A stretch of DNA of 64,000 bases, taken from assembly GCA_900543885.1 (NCBI GenBank), contig UQTA01000001.1:86395-150394 (forward strand), written 5' to 3'. A program made the translations under genes and the position numbers. A model generated the notes under the pieces. It had not been told where the DNA came from. It was given only the letters and a program-made list of their open reading frames with translations, and ran no database searches. The stretch comes from an uncultured Clostridium sp. Its GTDB lineage: Bacteria > Bacillota > Clostridia > Lachnospirales > Lachnospiraceae. The first letter of the stretch is position 1. The number at the start of each line of letters is the position of its first letter. Below, piece after piece: positions 60,966 through 64,000 of the stretch.

Positions 60966-62437
60966 GCGTTCTTAAACTCCAATACATAATCCGGCATTCG
61001 TAAATCTCCATCCTCGCATTTCATAACACAGGTTCCTTCTCCTTTAACCAGATGATATTCCTGTCCATATTCTGTCCGCCCTATCTTCTGTGAACTCATA
61101 TTAGCCTGTGTGATCCACTGCAAAAAAATCACTCTTGCATCTTCTGAAACAATTTCCTCAATATCCGCAAATCGTATTTTTCCGTTTTTGATATAGCGGC
61201 GCGCCAGTTCTCTCTGTCTGTGCGCCTGCCGCAGATAATTCTCACGCTGTGCTCTTTTTTCCAGTGATTTATCAGAAAAACCGATTCTGTCTTTTCGTTC
61301 CCGATAGCTTCTTGTATGGGGTTTCAGCAGAAACATAGCTGGATCTTCCTGATAAACACTTTTATTAATACTGTCACCATCTCTTGGAACATTGACTTTA
61401 TAATGTTCTATCTGCTGAACACCAAAAACATGGGCCGAAAGTTTGTGGGCTTCCTCTATATTTTCACACTCCAGAAACAATTCCAGGAATTTTTTATAGT
61501 CATCTTTTCTGCTGATCCCCCAGTTCTGTATCTGCACGATCAGCGCCGCATTCTGAATGATATTTCGTATAATATCGTTGGTGATCTTTAATACTTTTTT
61601 CGCTTCACATTCCTGCCCTTTATGATCCACAAACCAGTTTCTCAAAGAGTCCCATTTTCCAAAGACATTTTCCCATATACTGGGTTCTGTACTCCCATTG
61701 GTTTCTAGAAGGGCATGGGGAATATCCAGTTCACTTTGCACTACCTTTTCCAGGATCTGGTTTTCCATAAGCTCCCTGTTCTTTTCCAGCAGCTGTTCCA
61801 TCCTCTTGGCATGGCGCTGCAGTTCCTGGACAAACTCGTTCAGATATTTAATAAATTTATCCTTATGAACCATAAACTCCAGTGATTTCATCAGTTTTTC
61901 TGATTTTCCGGAATAAAAATCTCTTAGATAATCCTGGTAATTCTGATTCAAGCGCTTAAAATCCTCCTGGAGCATCTGCCACCATTCATTTACAGTGCGA
62001 AGTGGCGCATCCTCCATATCCGGGATCTCCTCCAGGCTTTTTTCCAAACGGACAAAAAAGTTTGTTGACAGATTTCCAGACTCAAAAAACAGATTTTCCA
62101 GCCGCACCGTCAGACGCTCAATCTCAACTGCATACTCTGACATAGTATATCGGTACTGCTTATTTTTGTAATCTGCGATCGTATACACTTTCCCCGGATC
62201 CTGTATGGGGGTGAGATTTTTCCATTTTACAAGTGCTTCCAGATCCTGTATCATCTGCTCCATAGAATATTCTTCAAATGCTTCATCTTCCTTCATCAGA
62301 CGAAAGATATCTTCTTTATACAGCTGGAAATGCATTTTTTCATATTCCCGGAAAAAGCATCTCATAATTTTTCGATATACAGGTGCATTTTGTACGGATA
62401 AATACGAGGTTTCATTAATCTGTTCAAATCGTTCCAT
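60962..62437 (-). CDS. jetA: Wadjet JetA-like (kleisin/MukF-like, DUF2397-type) protein
   Basis: 491 aa; first gene of the translationally coupled four-gene operon. Confidence 0.7.
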   Translation of the reverse strand: MERFEQINETSYLSVQNAPVYRKIMRCFFREYEKMHFQLYKEDIFRLMKEDEAFEEYSMEQMIQDLEALVKWKNLTPIQDPGKVYTIADYKNKQYRYTMSEYAVEIERLTVRLENLFFESGNLSTNFFVRLEKSLEEIPDMEDAPLRTVNEWWQMLQEDFKRLNQNYQDYLRDFYSGKSEKLMKSLEFMVHKDKFIKYLNEFVQELQRHAKRMEQLLEKNRELMENQILEKVVQSELDIPHALLETNGSTEPSIWENVFGKWDSLRNWFVDHKGQECEAKKVLKITNDIIRNIIQNAALIVQIQNWGISRKDDYKKFLELFLECENIEEAHKLSAHVFGVQQIEHYKVNVPRDGDSINKSVYQEDPAMFLLKPHTRSYRERKDRIGFSDKSLEKRAQRENYLRQAHRQRELARRYIKNGKIRFADIEEIVSEDARVIFLQWITQANMSSQKIGRTEYGQEYHLVKGEGTCVMKCEDGDLRMPDYVLEFKNA

Positions 62438-62684
62438 AACTATTTTCCATTCCGTTTCTGGCTTTTTTCATCAGTTCCATATTGGTCGGCAATTATAGAG
62501 ATATTGTACCATTTTCATTCCTATTTCTCAATATGTACACTGCACATACCATAAAGTTTAACTGATATTTTTGTCGGATTTTGTTTTTTATCAGTTATAA
62601 CTTATAATTTTGGTTTTTTAACATTGAGATTCAGCTGTAAATATGCTATACTATGACCAATCATGGAAAGGGGAACTAAAATCT

Positions 62685-63899
62685 ATGATCAAACGTGAAC
62701 TGTATATGAGCCGCATTCGTCCATTTATCGGATCAGATCTTATCAAAGTTATGACCGGTATTCGCCGCTGCGGAAAATCGGTCATGTTGGAACTGATCAA
62801 GCAGGAACTCACAGAGTCAGGTGTCAGCCCAACACAGTTTATTTCCATTAACTTTGAAGATATGAACTATTCTCATCTGCAAACTGCGCGTGCTTTGCAT
62901 GATGAGATCACGCAGAGAGCCGCCGCAATGAAAGGCAAAGTCTATCTGTTTTTTGATGAAATACAGGAAGTCAAAGATTGGGAAAAATGCATCAATTCTT
63001 TCCGCGTTTCTCTGAATTGTGATATCTACATCACTGGTTCAAATGCGAAGCTGCTGTCCGGTGAGCTTGCAACTTACTTGGGCGGACGTTATGTGGAGTT
63101 TGTCATCTACCCATTCTCATTTGGGGAATTTATGGAGCTGTACCGTTCGATTGCCCCCAATGAAACAATCCCTCAGTATTTCCAAAAGTACCTGCTTGCC
63201 GGAGGTATGCCTTATCTTGCGAATCTCCAATATGCAGACGCTCCATCCAGGCAATATCTTCATGACCTGTTCAACTCGGTCCAGCTCAAGGACATTGTAA
63301 AGCGGAATAAAATTCGGGATGTTGACTTGTTAGAGCGAATCATTGCTTATGTGATCGCCAACGTGGGAACAACCTTTTCTGCCACCTCTCTCGCTAAGTT
63401 TCTGAAAAACGAGCAGCGCACGGTTGCTCCAGAAACGATTCTCAACTATATCAAATACTGCTGCGAGGCATATTTGTTCTATCAGGTAAAGCGTGAAGAT
63501 TTACAGGGCAAACAAATTCTCGCCTCCAATGAGAAATACTATATTGCTGATCACGGCATCCGTGAAGCTGTCTTTGGCGGCAATATGCGCGATATCAATC
63601 TCATTTTGGAGAATATTGTGTATCTTGAATTGCTGCGTCGCGGCTATAAAGTAACTGTCGGCAAAACAGGCGATAAAGAAATTGATTTTGTATGCAGCAT
63701 GCGCAGTGAAAAGCTGTATGTTCAGGTCACTTATCTGCTGGCATCGGATGAAACAATCAATCGCGAATTTGGTGCATACGATAACATCCGCGACAACTTC
63801 CCAAAATATGTTGTTTCTCTTGATGAATTCGATATGAGCCGAAATGGTATTAAGCACCGTAATATTCGCGATTTTCTCTTGGCTGAGGAATGGAACTGA
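62685..63899 (+). CDS. AAA-family ATPase with C-terminal DUF4143 domain
   Basis: Walker A GIRRCGKS, Walker B LFFDEIQ; about 400 aa; divergent from jetA. Confidence 0.75.
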   Translation: MIKRELYMSRIRPFIGSDLIKVMTGIRRCGKSVMLELIKQELTESGVSPTQFISINFEDMNYSHLQTARALHDEITQRAAAMKGKVYLFFDEIQEVKDWEKCINSFRVSLNCDIYITGSNAKLLSGELATYLGGRYVEFVIYPFSFGEFMELYRSIAPNETIPQYFQKYLLAGGMPYLANLQYADAPSRQYLHDLFNSVQLKDIVKRNKIRDVDLLERIIAYVIANVGTTFSATSLAKFLKNEQRTVAPETILNYIKYCCEAYLFYQVKREDLQGKQILASNEKYYIADHGIREAVFGGNMRDINLILENIVYLELLRRGYKVTVGKTGDKEIDFVCSMRSEKLYVQVTYLLASDETINREFGAYDNIRDNFPKYVVSLDEFDMSRNGIKHRNIRDFLLAEEWN

Positions 63900-64000
63900 A
63901 AAAAGCCTGGCATCACATTAAACAGCGCGATGCTCACGAGAATCTAACAAAAAAAGGGCAAGAAGCTCCACCACAGAACTTCCTGCCCTTCTTCTCTATC

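Noticed and set aside
51941-63899. Prophage or integrative element borders (integrase, att sites, tRNA)
   Set aside because: No integrase/recombinase or tRNA gene was recognisable in or next to the island within the window. Island status rests on composition and gene content only.

Overview
This is a 64 kb chromosomal segment from a low-to-moderate-GC Firmicute of the class Clostridia, probably Lachnospiraceae-like. A spoIIR gene is present, and the str-operon order rpoB-rpoC-rpsL-rpsG-fusA-tuf is conserved on the minus strand. Nearly the whole window is coding.

Contents, in order:
- 9-2434: a MerR-family regulator divergent from a secreted S8 subtilase.
- 2448-12865: a sugar-utilisation locus. 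It holds a ROK-like kinase, an ABC substrate-binding protein, a permease, a tandem ATPase and an AGE-family epimerase. Next to these sits an unusual regulatory trio: a catalytically degenerate tandem ABC-ATPase paralog, a sensor-less LytS/YesM-type histidine kinase and an AraC-type response regulator.
- 13263-18655: a Na+-translocating biotin-dependent decarboxylase cluster that combines a 12S-type acyl-CoA carboxyltransferase, an OadG-like/lipoprotein fusion, a free biotin carrier, the beta pump subunit and a biotin-domain-less 5S (oxaloacetate-type) carboxyltransferase.
- 18903-21135: class I fumarate hydratase alpha and beta subunits, then a 213-aa DASS-like mini-permease.
- 21647-25183: two GntR/FCD regulators, a DUF1847 protein and aspartate kinase.
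- 25442-27136: a secreted TIM-barrel hydrolase-like protein.
- 27624-30294: a thiW-thiM / thiE thiamine-salvage locus behind a structured leader.
- 30483-43410: tuf, fusA, rpsG, rpsL, rpoC and rpoB. RpoC carries a Trp-rich tandem-repeat insertion, and both RpoB and RpoC have acidic C-terminal tails.
- 43701-51737: housekeeping genes (a hypothetical membrane protein, a DUF1934 protein, ddl, spoIIR, a small acidic protein, a GntR regulator, ispE, a DUF624 protein, another membrane protein, a GNAT-domain protein and ppiB).
- 51941-63899: an AT-rich defence island with an AbiEi/AbiEii pair, a hypothetical protein, a complete four-gene Wadjet (JetABCD-like) operon and a DUF4143 AAA ATPase.

The intergenic regions carry two dispersed repeat families: a 151-bp highly palindromic MITE-like element (two tandem copies plus at least three partial copies) and GC-rich REP-like palindromic units. 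No rRNA, tRNA, CRISPR array or integrase was recognised.
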